Assembly (NCBI RefSeq): GCF_022045235.1
Contig: NW_027266265.1
Span: forward strand, 15,190,001 to 15,254,000
Direction of reading: 5' to 3'
DNA from: Haliotis cracherodii
Taxonomy: Eukaryota
Length of the DNA: 64,000 nucleotides
Positions 52,406 through 64,000 of the stretch are shown here, piece by piece. Each line of letters opens with the position of its first letter. Within the stretch, counting starts at the first letter, position 1. The position numbers and the translations under genes were made by a program. Under the pieces are notes generated by a model. It ran no database searches, had not been told where the DNA came from, and saw nothing but the letters and a program-made list of their open reading frames with translations.

Positions 52406-53339
52406 TTCCGTAAAAGGTTCCTCTGTGCATGAATACACGCACAAAACAACATCGCACTGTGGATTTCATGGCTTTTTTATTTCGATTTCACATCCTAGAC
52501 ATTATATTTACCATTTATCTGAAAACACAAAGCACAAATCATGTAAATTTCAGTGGGAAATTAGTATGCACTGAGACTTCGGAGCAACCATTGCCGACAA
52601 CAGTTTGTGTGTGTGAGTGAGCGGATATATGTGCACAAATACATCAAACCCAATATTTCCCCTGTCACTTAATGTCAGTTGAGTAGGTGATATTTAAAGA
52701 CACAACATGAAACCCGAACCAGTTCATTCATAATTACTTGATTGACAGACCGTACGTGTATACGCAGCAAAAATACACTGTACAATGTTCGTCGAACTAC
52801 CTTCACAGAATCTACTGATTCACCTTTTGAATATTTTTAGCAAGTCTGCGAGGCGAAACAATATCCAACTTGTATTTTGTAACATTATTGAAGGAGTCTT
52901 GGAGAATGTGGAGTCTGGTATCCTTTCCGTATTGATGATATACAGGGTAAGTGTAGTTATTTCTTATATATGAAAGCTTCCTTTGACCACGAGGGGTGGT
53001 GTACACTGTCGGATGCTAACTGACCAAAGATCATAATCAGCTTCGGGATCTGTTTGCGGCAATATAGCATACTGACCAGTAATGTCACCGAATATTAGTA
53101 TCGCAGAAATAGCAAAATGGCCAGTTGTCGATCCAGGATATACGGATTAAAGAATACTATGGTGAGACGAATATATTTATTGAAATATTTTAGGTTAAAA
53201 AGCCTTATACTTATTGAGTAACCGAACGAGTACGCTTTGCTCTGGCGTTATTTTGACGCCAATATTTGCTAGATGAAACGTTATCGCACGTTTCACTATT
53301 TATATTTTTTAAAGCTGGAATTACACGCCACTCTCGGGT

Positions 53340-53855
53340 TGGATTGTTCGCTTGTTTGTTAGTGTTTAAAGGGGCTCTCACACTTTGCCGAGTTGCGTCC
53401 CGAGTATGGACCCGAGATGACTCGGGGGTACTCGTATGGAGCTCGTAGCGAGGTCGTACCAAACTCGGGGTAACTCGTGATAACTCGGGGTAACTAGGGA
53501 TACCTCGTACTTATCTGCGAGAGTTTTGGAACTGCTCAAAACAGTCGGGCCGCCAGCCAACTCCAAGTTAACTCGTAACAAACTCGTAACACACTCAGGC
53601 TCGGCAGAGGTCGGCAACCACCTCGGCAAAGTGTGAGAGCTGCTTAACTCCGCACTCTGCAATATTCCGGGCCTGTAAATAATCGCGTCTGGACCAGAAA
53701 ATTCAGTCATTCATATTTTGAATAATGACCCACGCTATCGGGGTACAATGACAGGACATCAACCAAGTTACCGAGCCTTGCTATCCGATCCATTTGGTCG
53801 CCTCTTACGACCAGCATAGGTTGCTGGGGACTTATTCTTATTCCACATTGGGTCA
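53340..53855 (-). mobile_element. Family B retroposon, degraded, interrupted by a MITE
   Basis: Tail at 53340-53369 and body at 53645-53855. Confidence 0.65.
53370..53644. mobile_element. PIF/Harbinger-type MITE inserted in the tail of a family B element
   Basis: TIR core GCTCTCACACTTTGCCGAG / CTCGGCAAAGTGTGAGAGC, TAA TSD (53367-69, 53645-47), many internal ACTCG/CGAG motifs. Confidence 0.75.
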
Positions 53856-55917
53856 TTGGTTGTAAAATGTTAAATGGAACTCGAAACCCTGAACTGTCCT
53901 TGTCCTTTCGTTTTGTATAGGCATTCGCCGTTAACGGTATAAACAAAATATCCCCGTTTCAGTTAATTTGATAGATTTGACTGTCGGAATAGGGACACGC
54001 ATTTGTTATAGTTTGATTAATAATTCATCAGAGCAACTATGCTTCAATCAATTTCTCTACGATATATTAACCAGGCGGTTCAATTGCGTCATCCCCTATA
54101 TACAGACGTCATAATCTGCAAGTTGATCTTAAAATTAAAATGTTGAAGTTTGAAGGATAACACTATGAAATATATAGTTTGGTTTATCGATAAACATTTT
54201 CAAACTTCCGTCGTTCATTGAACCGACAAAGCCGATGCTTCCAAACGACATTTCCGGACTTTGAATGTATTTGGTTTGGGTTTGGTTTTAACATATTATA
54301 TAATTTAAAAAAAAGGAACGTGATTGGGTACATGTTCTTTAACTTAGAATACCTTTCTCCCGGATATTATTGATTTACAACTTGTATCATATATGAACAG
54401 AACATTAGGAAAGAAAAGGAAAGGTAAGGTAAGTGAACAGTGACAACAATATAATTTACAAATTTCCCATTCAAAGAAATTAATAATTATTATATATGTA
54501 TTTTTCACATTTACTACCATATAAACATCCTGCTGTGTCTTTTATTCCTAATCTACACAAATCATTATTTAACTGGCTACCCTTATGTCGTAGCTGAGTA
54601 TGTAAATATCAATATGTGTTTTATGTCCGAAAAGAAGTACGATTGGGCCTTGATTAATTATAAAATGCGATGTAAAATTGGCGTTTCACAAAACCACAAG
54701 ATTTCCATCACCCCACCGGCAAGAGGACATTGAAAGGTTGTTGAATTGAAAGTGTGAACAGAATGGGACGGCATCAGATCACAGCCGGCGCGTCTGCGGG
54801 GGAGTGTGATATGATAAGATAAAATCGGCTGGTGATGTTTATAAAACCATACCTATCTGCCCCCAACCCATTTACTCATGACTGATACACATCGCTCAGT
54901 GAGTACAAGTGATAACTGATGGACATCTAAACACAATATGTTGCAACGCCCACGATTCAGAGAGCATGGTCTTGTCGCACAAATGACTTGACACTCAATA
55001 TCTTAGCAGTAACACGTACTATTTATCAAATCAGTTTATCACTGTTTATCTGAATACCGAATAACATTATGCCTAGAGTATACAGTGCCGAGTTCAAGAC
55101 AAATTTGTTTTTCAACAGGTTTGCAAAACACTGACAAGTGTTGACAACTCTTTCCATATTCATCAACCATCTCTGCCAAATGCACATTCAATTATGAAAT
55201 TGAGACCAGTTTACGACATGTACAGTTTTTATCAGTGGACATTGAAGTCTTAAACTTTTTTACAGTTTTACTGCGTCAGGTAATAAACAAACACTTACTC
55301 TTTTATGTAAATTGTGTAAGTGGTTGCTACCTGTAGGGCGGGGCATGATGTTATCACTGATTTTCAGTGATTCATTCATGTCATTATTCCCGCTATTCTG
55401 CCTTAGCAAAGAGCAATGTAACCTGTTTCGTTGAACAATCGAGACTGGTTATTGTCTTGCGTTATATTTATACACTGTATTTACTTAAACCTGGATACTG
55501 TGTTTCCCTGAGAAGAACGTGGAATTAATCTTCAATATGTTCAACATATATAATCTGTCTTTTCTTTCTTAAGATAACGTCCGGCTTCAACGGCAAATTC
55601 AAGAGGAACAACTGAACGTCAATGAAGATTCATGACATTTACACCAGACAAGTATTATTCAGTGCATGAATTGTAGATACACGAATGTAGCAATAATTAC
55701 ATTCACCTGACAGCGATAAGATGAAACCACATGTGACCATAGTTACATAGACTCAGAAGCAATGAATGGTTTAATGTTAATTACAGATTGATTATACTAA
55801 ACATGATGTTAACCACAACTCTGAAAAGTAGTTTGAAATGAAATGCCCAATAGCGTTTGTATTGTTTTTGGTACACAGATATCATATAAACTGCATAATA
55901 CAAAATTTCCATGGATA

Positions 55918-56560
55918 GTATATCACATACAAGGCAATATCTTCAGAGAAAGATTTCCAGTATATTACATGGCATGACAATGTCTTTGGAGAAACGTTTT
56001 CCGTATATCACAGGGCAATATCTTTGGAGAAACAGTTTTCTGTATATCACAAGGCAAACTCTTCGGAGAAACGATTCCTATTTTTTCACAGGCAATACCT
56101 TTAGAGAAACGATTCCTGTATATAACAGGGCAATATCTTTGAAGAGACATATTCCTGTATATCACAAAGCAATATCTTCGGAGAAACGATTACTGTTTAT
56201 AACAGGGCAATATCTTCGGAGAAACGCCTACTGTATATCACAGGGCAATATCTTTGGAGAAAAACCGTCTGTATATCACAGGGCAATATCTTCAGAGAAA
56301 CGCCTACTGTATATCACAGGGCAATATCTTTGGAGAAAAACCGTCTGTATATCACAGGGCAATATCTTCAGAGAAACGCCTACTGTATATCACAGGGCAA
56401 TATCTTTGGAGAAACACCGTCTGTATATCAAAGGGCAATATCTTCGGAGAAACGCTTACTGTATATGACAAGGCAATATTTTCGGAGTAAACGCTTCCTG
56501 GATATAACAACGAATTATATTCGGAGTAACGGTTACAATAACTTAACATCTTCGGAAAAA
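55918..56560. repeat. Minisatellite, 38-bp unit with a 76-bp dimeric higher-order repeat
   Basis: ctgtatatcacagggcaatatc followed alternately by tttggagaaaaaccgt and ttcagagaaacgccta. Confidence 0.93.
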
Positions 56561-57588
56561 CTTTTACTCCAAATTACAAGTATGTTATCCCCGATGCCTG
56601 ACACGTGACAATTTGTAATCATAAGTTCTGGAACGTGACATTGACTCACATGTCGTACTTCAATATATGTACACATATATAAGACATACGTATGTACCAT
56701 CCAATAACGACATTCGCATTTGCTTCATCGTTTCATCTGACAAATGTGTTCTGTGCTACATCGCGGCTGCAGCAAGTCTCAAATTTTCTATTCGGGAATT
56801 CTTAGATTTCTTTCTTTTCAAATACAGCTAGTGTCAAATGTCAAAATACTACCTACATGTAATATAAAGACAAATAATGCTCTTATAACTTTAACAAGAA
56901 GCTATTGATTTTCTTGTCTGTAAGAAAAGACACATTACTAATACCACGTGAAGATGAAGCACGCGGTGGCAGCTACGTGTATCACTCGATGTTACCACGA
57001 TGCTCCATTCATTATATCATATAATATGATGTTCCAGGAAATACAGGGACAGAATATCTTATTGATATAACATTAAGCCTGGCATGAACAAACACGCATG
57101 TCGTTCTCCAGACATGGGTTGATGTGGCTTTTGCAGTGTATATTTAGCACAGTTGGACGTGTGTGATTATTGATTAAGAATATGACAAAATTAATACGGA
57201 ATGATGTATGAGTGTTGTACAAGGGCGGGACATGTGATTTTAAGGACATAATAAATCTCAAATGACACATACTTGAAGAGCTGCTACAGTGCTATGGTGA
57301 TATAACAGATGCCGTCGTATATTAGATAGCTGATGAAAAACGACTACATTTTTTTAACATAATTATAAATGACCCTGAACATGGGTTTAAGGACACTGGT
57401 TTAAGCGGGTAGTCTGTGTTCCCATGTGTTCCCATGTACAGACAATAGCAATTTGAAACAAATTACGCTAAAGGGATGACGTAACAATGCCTGTTTAGTT
57501 TTTCGTGCTGGATGCTTCACTCGCGTTTGAAGTGTGAATCACTGCTCAGCACACCCCGTTAGTCCAGCAAAGGAAAGATTTCTTTACT

Positions 57589-57864
57589 TTGTTTGTTTGT
57601 TTGTTTGTTTGTTGTTTAAGGCCGCCCTGAGCAATATTCCAGCTATATGACGGCGGTCTGTAAAATGATCGAGTCTGGAACGGACAATCCAGTGATTGAC
57701 ATCATGAGCATTGGTCCACCAATTTGGATCGATGACAGGCATCAACCAAGTCAGCGAGCCTGACCACCCGATCCCGTTAGTCGCCTTTTACGACAAGCAT
57801 AGTCGTCTTTTACGGCAAGTATGGGTTGCTGAAGACCTATTCTACCCCGAAATCTTAACGGGTC
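57589..57864 (-). mobile_element. Family B retroposon, full length
   Basis: TSD gatttct(t/g)tact. The 5' end begins GACCCGT. Confidence 0.9.
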
Positions 57865-58935
57865 GATTTCTGTACTCTTGGTTTTTATTCCTTAAGGCAG
57901 ATTTCGCTTTCTCAACCACTACTGCACAATAGAGTTGGATAAAGCGCAATTTGGTGTATGTAACTTAATCTATTTGGTACTGTCAACAAAGATCCTCTCC
58001 CATGGCAACAAAATATACATCGATTACTTCTTTTGAAACCAGTAAACAACAACAAATATGATATGTAAATGATGAAGATAACACATAAGATGAAAAAGTA
58101 CGACGCCCAATAAGTTAATTCGTGTAAGACAAGCCAGGCACAGACATTTGTTTATGATCGTGCATCTGATCTCGCTATCGTATTTGGTTGTTAGAAAGTA
58201 TAAACTGGATTTGACCGAAAAACCACAAACGTTGCCAGGCTGAAAACACTCGCCGAAACACTACAAACTTTAGGTCTAAAACACAATTAGATACCCGTAT
58301 CAAATATATCACCATCGAGTAACAATTTCTTGTTTGTTCTATCTTGCTTCTGCCCGGTAGTTTATTACCATTTGTATCTATTCTTATACACATAAAATGG
58401 TGTTGTCAAGTGTAGTCAAATGATATTTGGAGTCAAATATGTGCATATATATTGTGTGTACAACCTAGCTCCAAACGCGAACACCCACCATTGCAATCCG
58501 AGATTGTCTGCTGTGGAGTACTTCCCACGCACACAAGGCGGAACCATGTCAGTTCGTGCCTACTTGAAAATGTACCTTCATTGTGAGAATCGTGTAACGA
58601 TAACAAAAAACATTTACTCGACAAGTTATAAGCAGGTTGAGATAGTTTGAAATAGTACCATATTGAAAGGAGTTCTTCCACGCTTTTGATTGTATGGGAT
58701 GCAGACAAAAATACTAAGAATCGAGAGATCAGTGCGAAAATCCATATCAAACAGATCACTTTGCCTTTCTAGTCAAATAACATGTTTAACTCCTCTCATG
58801 AACAGAGCAAATACTTTCGAAATATGTGAGGTCACTCGATGAGATAGACATAATGCTATTTGACGAGAAAAGCCGAATATAGTCCATGTATTTTATCAAA
58901 TCAACACACGATGCATAGTGTTGATGGCTTAACAA

Positions 58936-59289
58936 GGTGAGGTGAGGTGAAATTGGGTTTAACGTCGCGTCCAAGATTATTGCACTTATATAGCGACGTG
59001 CATGTACGTGTGTGTGTTTGTGTGTGGCTGCTTGTACTAGTCCGGACTGATGCCGATTTATAGTGCTAGCTCACTGAGATACCATGCCGCAGTTTAACAT
59101 GAATACCCCACTCACAGTACACTGACTCCGAGCCGACCAGTCCTTTTTTAGCCCCTTAATGCCGAGTGCCAGACAGGGTAACAACAAGTACCATCTTTTA
59201 ACGTCTTTTGGCATGACGCGGCCGAGGATCGAACCCCGGACCTTCCGCTCTCCCGGCGGACGCTCTACCACTAGACCACGCAGGCGGTC
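58936..59289 (-). mobile_element. SINE family C, full length
   Basis: TSD tgatggcttaacaa; tRNA-like head TGGTCTAGTGG...GGTTCGATCC. Confidence 0.92.
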
Positions 59290-59789
59290 TGATGGCTTAA
59301 CAAAATGTACGGGTGTGCCAGCGTCATATGTGTGTTACAGTCTTCTACTATGTCATGACAGATGTGACTATATTTCCCCAGTATCATAGAGACTGTATGT
59401 ACAGAAACAGCTGGTATTGATTGCTTGGTCGTGATTGTCCTCCTGGTGTACTCTTGCAGGTCCAGTATTTAGAATTAGGTCTTTATATAGAAACAACATG
59501 ATATGGATATGAATAACTGTGGCCCTACTCATAACTGTATGTGTATGAGACATTGACTACTATTTTAAATCGATATACAAAAGATTATACAGACTTCAGT
59601 AAATGTTTTTGGCTTTTTATAACGTAATATCACACGTTCGAATTTGAAGTTTTGCCTGAGACAAAGGATTACATTATTTCAGTTATTGTAATTCTACACA
59701 TGTACGAGAAGTGATTATAACCTTGAAATGTTTTCAAGAAACGCAAATTCAAATTCATATATGGTTGTTTCTGTAAGCCTTTGCGTTTG

Positions 59790-60000
59790 CTCGTTTGTTT
59801 ATTTGTGTGTTTGAGTGTTTGTTAATTAACGCCGAACTCGTCCATATTCCAGTTTCATGACGGTGGCCTATAAGGTATCTCCCATTTGACCAGACAAACA
59901 TGAGATTGTTGTGAGCAAAGATCATCGTCGGGTACCATGACAAGTCACCAAGTCTGACCACCCCATTTATTAATTCGCCTCGTACGACAAGCATAGGTTG
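59790..60000 (-). mobile_element. Family B retroposon, degraded
   Basis: aacgccgaactc..tgacggtgg..ctgaccacc..cgcctcgtacgacaagcat. Confidence 0.6.
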
Positions 60001-60019
60001 TAAAATAACATCGAGATAA

Positions 60020-61224
60020 AATGTTAGAAGAAGTAAGAAATTTTATTTGCATTTGGACAATATTATACAAAAAGCTATATACAGATTGGTCCCAATTTGG
60101 GAAATGCGATGAGGATGGTCACACATCGCCAGGTGATAAAACAACTTCAAAAGTCATTTTGATGTCATCTGCTTAACTATCAGATGATAAAGGTGAAATA
60201 TCATGATTGTATGATGTTGTTCAATCGTCAATCTAAAACTATCACTTCTGGATCGAATTGAAATAGTTCGGATAATTTCACTGGTTGTGACGGTCGTCTT
60301 CGTGACGTGACACTTGGTTGAACACGTTTCTGATAAACTTAATCGAAGTCAGTTACGGCACCTGTAATACAGAAGAAACACCATAAGTCAAATGTCAAAT
60401 GCAATTTAATTTCCTTATTTCGTTTTAATATCTTTTGCGTTTTATTTGAATCCTAATTTTAATATAATCTCAATAATAATGTTTAAATTAAGTATGCAAA
60501 TATTTTATTTTATTTCTGAATTAAATGAATAATTTACAATAATCCATACGTAAAATTTTATTCAAAGAGTACAACTACACACCTTATTTGGTATTGTTTC
60601 CCGTTTGGTGCAGTGATGTGATCTCCACGGCGAGGCGTCATGGAGCATTCTTTCTGATTCTGGGAATGACGACTGAAAGAATAACACAAAGATCATAAAA
60701 TATGTGGCAAATATATGAAGTTAAGCAAAGGATGTCACCACTGTTCATTTTGAGAAGAAATATAGTCCTACGTTATGTTAAGGATAAAAACATAAATGCA
60801 TTGTTTTACTTGTTAGAAGAAGATATATATCAGATGTAAGTTGTGTTATTTTGTAAATTCCGGGATTTTTTTAAAGAAAAGTATTGCTACGTCATTTGGA
60901 ACTGTAGGAATTAAAACATTTTTTTTATTCAGGACTTTATGACATTTTGAACTGTTGAGAATATTATTAAGGAGGATTAAAAAAGGAAATGCTACTGTCC
61001 ATACCTTGGAATGATTGTGTGTGTGTCACCCTGGCGGTGAAGGCTGATGTGTGATTATTACGCCTTGATGTGGACGGATGATTAAACTATGGGATTGTCA
61101 ACAGCAGTGGAAATCGTCTTTGTCGTTGTATAAGCAGGAACTAACATCCCGGGAACGGTGGAACATAGCTTAACATCGCATCAAAACTCAAGGCAGTGGT
61201 GTTCTAACATGCCGACAAGGCAAA
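60020..61224 (-). other. Putative spliced 3' UTR of the RGK gene (exonic 61224-61005, 60672-60583, 60361-~60020)
   Basis: Donors AAG|GTATGG (61004) and AAG|GTGTGT (60582). Acceptors tgttattctttcag| (60673) and tttcttctgtattacag| (60362). The intervening DNA is very AT-rich. AATAAA lies on the minus strand at 60047-60042. Confidence 0.5.
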
Positions 61225-62431
61225 TCAAACGAAGAGATTGTCACAGGATTTTGATTTTCGACTTGCTTGCTTGAACAGTTTACTTAGAAACAGCATTGCT
61301 CTTTTCGGGGATAGTTTCTCTTTAGGTTTCTCCGTAAGCACAACCTGGTGAACTGGGATGTTGAGCTTGAAGCGAATTTGGCTGAGTATTCCTACTAAAA
61401 GTTCGTCCACATGATGGTTGATGGCAACGGATGTCTCTGTGTATTTGCAGTCATACTTCATGGCGATAACCTTTGCCTCTGAAACACGAAATCAATGTGA
61501 CATGAGTAACTATGTTTATGTTTCGTTTATTAACTAAAGATACAGGGAAATATACACATTCAAACAAAATGGGGAAGAGCGCGTAATTTCTGAACCTATG
61601 GCATCGTGGTGGACAATAGTTCGAAATCATATACAAGCAAAAATATTTTCAGGTTTCCACGCTGACATTTACCAATGGATAACGGAGAAATTATCAACAT
61701 GTATTTCAAATCCGATTTCATAGCTGAAGAGTAATCATGTAAACTTCTAACAAATGTTTACGTACCTGATGATGGTACTCGACGTTGCCGAACAAGATCT
61801 GTCTTGTTAGCAACAAGGATGATAGCTCGGTCTGTTCCTAACTCTACCCGGAGCTGGCGCACCGTGTTCACAGCAGTCTCAAATGAGTCATGGTCTGTGA
61901 TGGAAAAGGCCACGACATACGCATCGACTCGGAGGTCATCAAAATCACAGTCCTGAAAAAGTAGATACGTATAAGCTAAAAGACTTTTAAACCGCATTTG
62001 TGTTCTATCAGGTCTTTTTATGTGTATTAGTTATTTTCGTAATTATATTTTATCTTATTATAGACGAAGGCCTAAGAAATCAAGAGACAGTTACCTTTTT
62101 TAAAACCCGAAATACCTACTTTGAAACCTGCTTCTAACTAAATTGAAGCGGGAGAATGCAAGGGAAGTAATATGTGTATGTCAGCTATTTGCGTGTAATG
62201 TTCAATTACAAGGGACTGTAAACATTCAAGGCATGTTCATTCTGTTTTAGGATTCGACACTAATATGTACGGTTAAGATATCACTTAAAGGATCCAAAGA
62301 CCTACTTTAACTCGTTTTAAGCTGAAGTGACATTTTTCAACTCACCTCGGGGTTATCGATAAACTCCATCATCGATTCTTCTCCGTCTAACATGACGGAC
62401 ACAATTGAATCATCCTGCTCGTCGGGATCAG
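61225..62431 (-). CDS. RGK-family small GTPase (Rad/Gem/Rem-like), 3' part; exons 62431-62346, 61952-61766, 61478-61225; 5' exons not found in window
   Basis: Frame-consistent GT-AG splicing gives VSVMLDGEESMMEFIDNPE|DCDFDDLRVDAYVVAFSITDHDSF...IILVANKTDLVRQRRV..|EAKVIAMKYDCKYTETSVAINHHVDELLVGILSQIR...LSKLFKQASRKSKSCDNLFV*. Contains G4 NKxD, G5 ETS and the RGK-type C-terminus KSKSCxxL, with no CAAX box. Confidence 0.92.
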
Positions 62432-64000
62432 CTGTTGAAATAAAGTAAAAAATAAATAAATACAAAGGTATGTCAAACCAAAAGATCAATTCTAAACAAT
62501 TTGTAAAATAGGACGCAGAACGAACATTTGTACAGATCAATTGATCCAGAAGATTGGTAATATGATGCTTTTAGCACTATAACCATGACTATGCCCACAT
62601 GTCGTGAAAGGAATACGATGTATGCTACCCAATGAAGCTGATTTGACGATGCAGACCAAAACAATCGAAGATAAGGCTGAATTGCCGTCACTTTGATTAT
62701 CACATGGAAACATCTGTTACAGACAATGATATTGTAGCCGTCACCTTTCACCTCCTAGACAGACCCTTTCGCTGAGCGTGGCGTATTAATCAAAATGCAC
62801 TGAACATCTGTTCTTGATCGCAGAGTAACATGATTGTTTACAGCACGTGGCTTATTGACATATGTACCGTATGAAAATCGGAAACAGAATGTGATTCCTT
62901 TGAAGTATGGTCTGAATAATGAAAAAAATTATACAACCGTTATGAAATTATTTAATATTGTGCGCATTATAACATCCATTGCTGTATTTTTCCAAACGTA
63001 TAAAACCTCCCTATCATTGTCCAGTATCGATCTTTGCGTCCAATCAGTTTGAGAAATGCCGGTCGTGTTCAACGAAAAAAAGGACTCAGGGGCTACTTAA
63101 GGCTGTTGTCCTCCAGAAACCGATTAAAAAGTCAATAATTCGGAGAATTGTCTTTGACGGCTATATAAAGACGGCCAAGAAACACGCTCCTGGGCGAAAG
63201 CTAAGAAAGCCTCGTATCGATCGGTTGGTACACGTCACATCAGGCGAGGATAGAAAACTGACGTCACAGGACAAATTGGGGATATGACGTATTGTCTAGA
63301 GATGAGTAGGCCAAGAACATGACTTATTTGTTTGCCTACTATCATAATTTACCTCTGAACATAATTATATGTAAATAATCTACAAACATTATTTAAATTC
63401 AACCAGATCAGGTTATGCATCTAGTACCATATATTTCGTTTACAAGATTATTTGCACATTGTATTTAGAGCTCTGCTACCAAAGGAAACTAGACGAATGT
63501 CTCATATTGAGACCGATGATTATAATCAGTCTTTTTCTCATATTGAGACCGATTGATAAAACACAGCCTTAATGTATCCAATCACGTGAGCGGGAGTAGT
63601 GAAATCGCGCCTTAAATTACTGGCATGTTTTCGAACTGTTCTTCCAACTTGCTACAAATATGTACAATATTGATTTATTTTCTGCCCCTCGCCCACAGTT
63701 GAACTAGAATAGCCATTGTGGTCTTAAAAATACATTCTATAATTAAAGGCAAACGTGAAACGTATAGCGTTATCCCACAGCCTTGGTATCGATCTGTGCC
63801 CGCAAGGTATGGATGAGTCAGTGTCGTCAGCGAGACAACGAAAGCTGATGACAACATAACGCTGTGACATCAGCGTGCGTGTCTCGTGGTGGCTCCTGAC
63901 TCTACATTTCGCCCCAAGTGCAGTATTTCGAAATACTTCTTTTGGCGAGGTTCATTGTTGGTGGCTTAGATTTGGAACACTATTTTGGTGACAAGATGAT

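Noticed and set aside
55911-56608. Repetitive ORFs (ITGQYL..., 185 aa)
   Set aside because: Minisatellite translations.

Overview
AT-rich, intron-containing animal genomic DNA. The SINE and Penelope-like repeat content suggests a mollusc, probably a gastropod such as abalone; this is an inference. Three protein-coding genes are supported: (1) a 5-coding-exon class I SAM-dependent methyltransferase, METTL27/WBSCR27-like (+, 3728-5979); (2) a rhodopsin-class 7TM GPCR with an intronless CDS (+, 29466-30323), flanked on both sides by minisatellites; (3) the 3' exons of an RGK (Rad/Gem/Rem) small GTPase (-, 61225-62431), apparently with two introns in its 3' UTR. A possible decayed minus-strand gene lies at about 15.4-27.3 kb. 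The rest is repeat-rich: four main SINE-like families (working names A-D) with related 3' tails and a strong minus-strand bias, Penelope-like RT fragments, CR1/L2-, L1/Tx1- and R4/Dong-like LINE relics, two Tc1 relics, MITEs, four minisatellites and a perfect 32-bp hairpin. The most interesting candidates are the non-tRNA, pseudoknot-forming 5' head of repeat family B, the spliced RGK 3' UTR, and a tRNA-containing element with direct and inverted repeats. Coordinates were counted by hand and repeat boundaries without target-site duplications (TSDs) are approximate.
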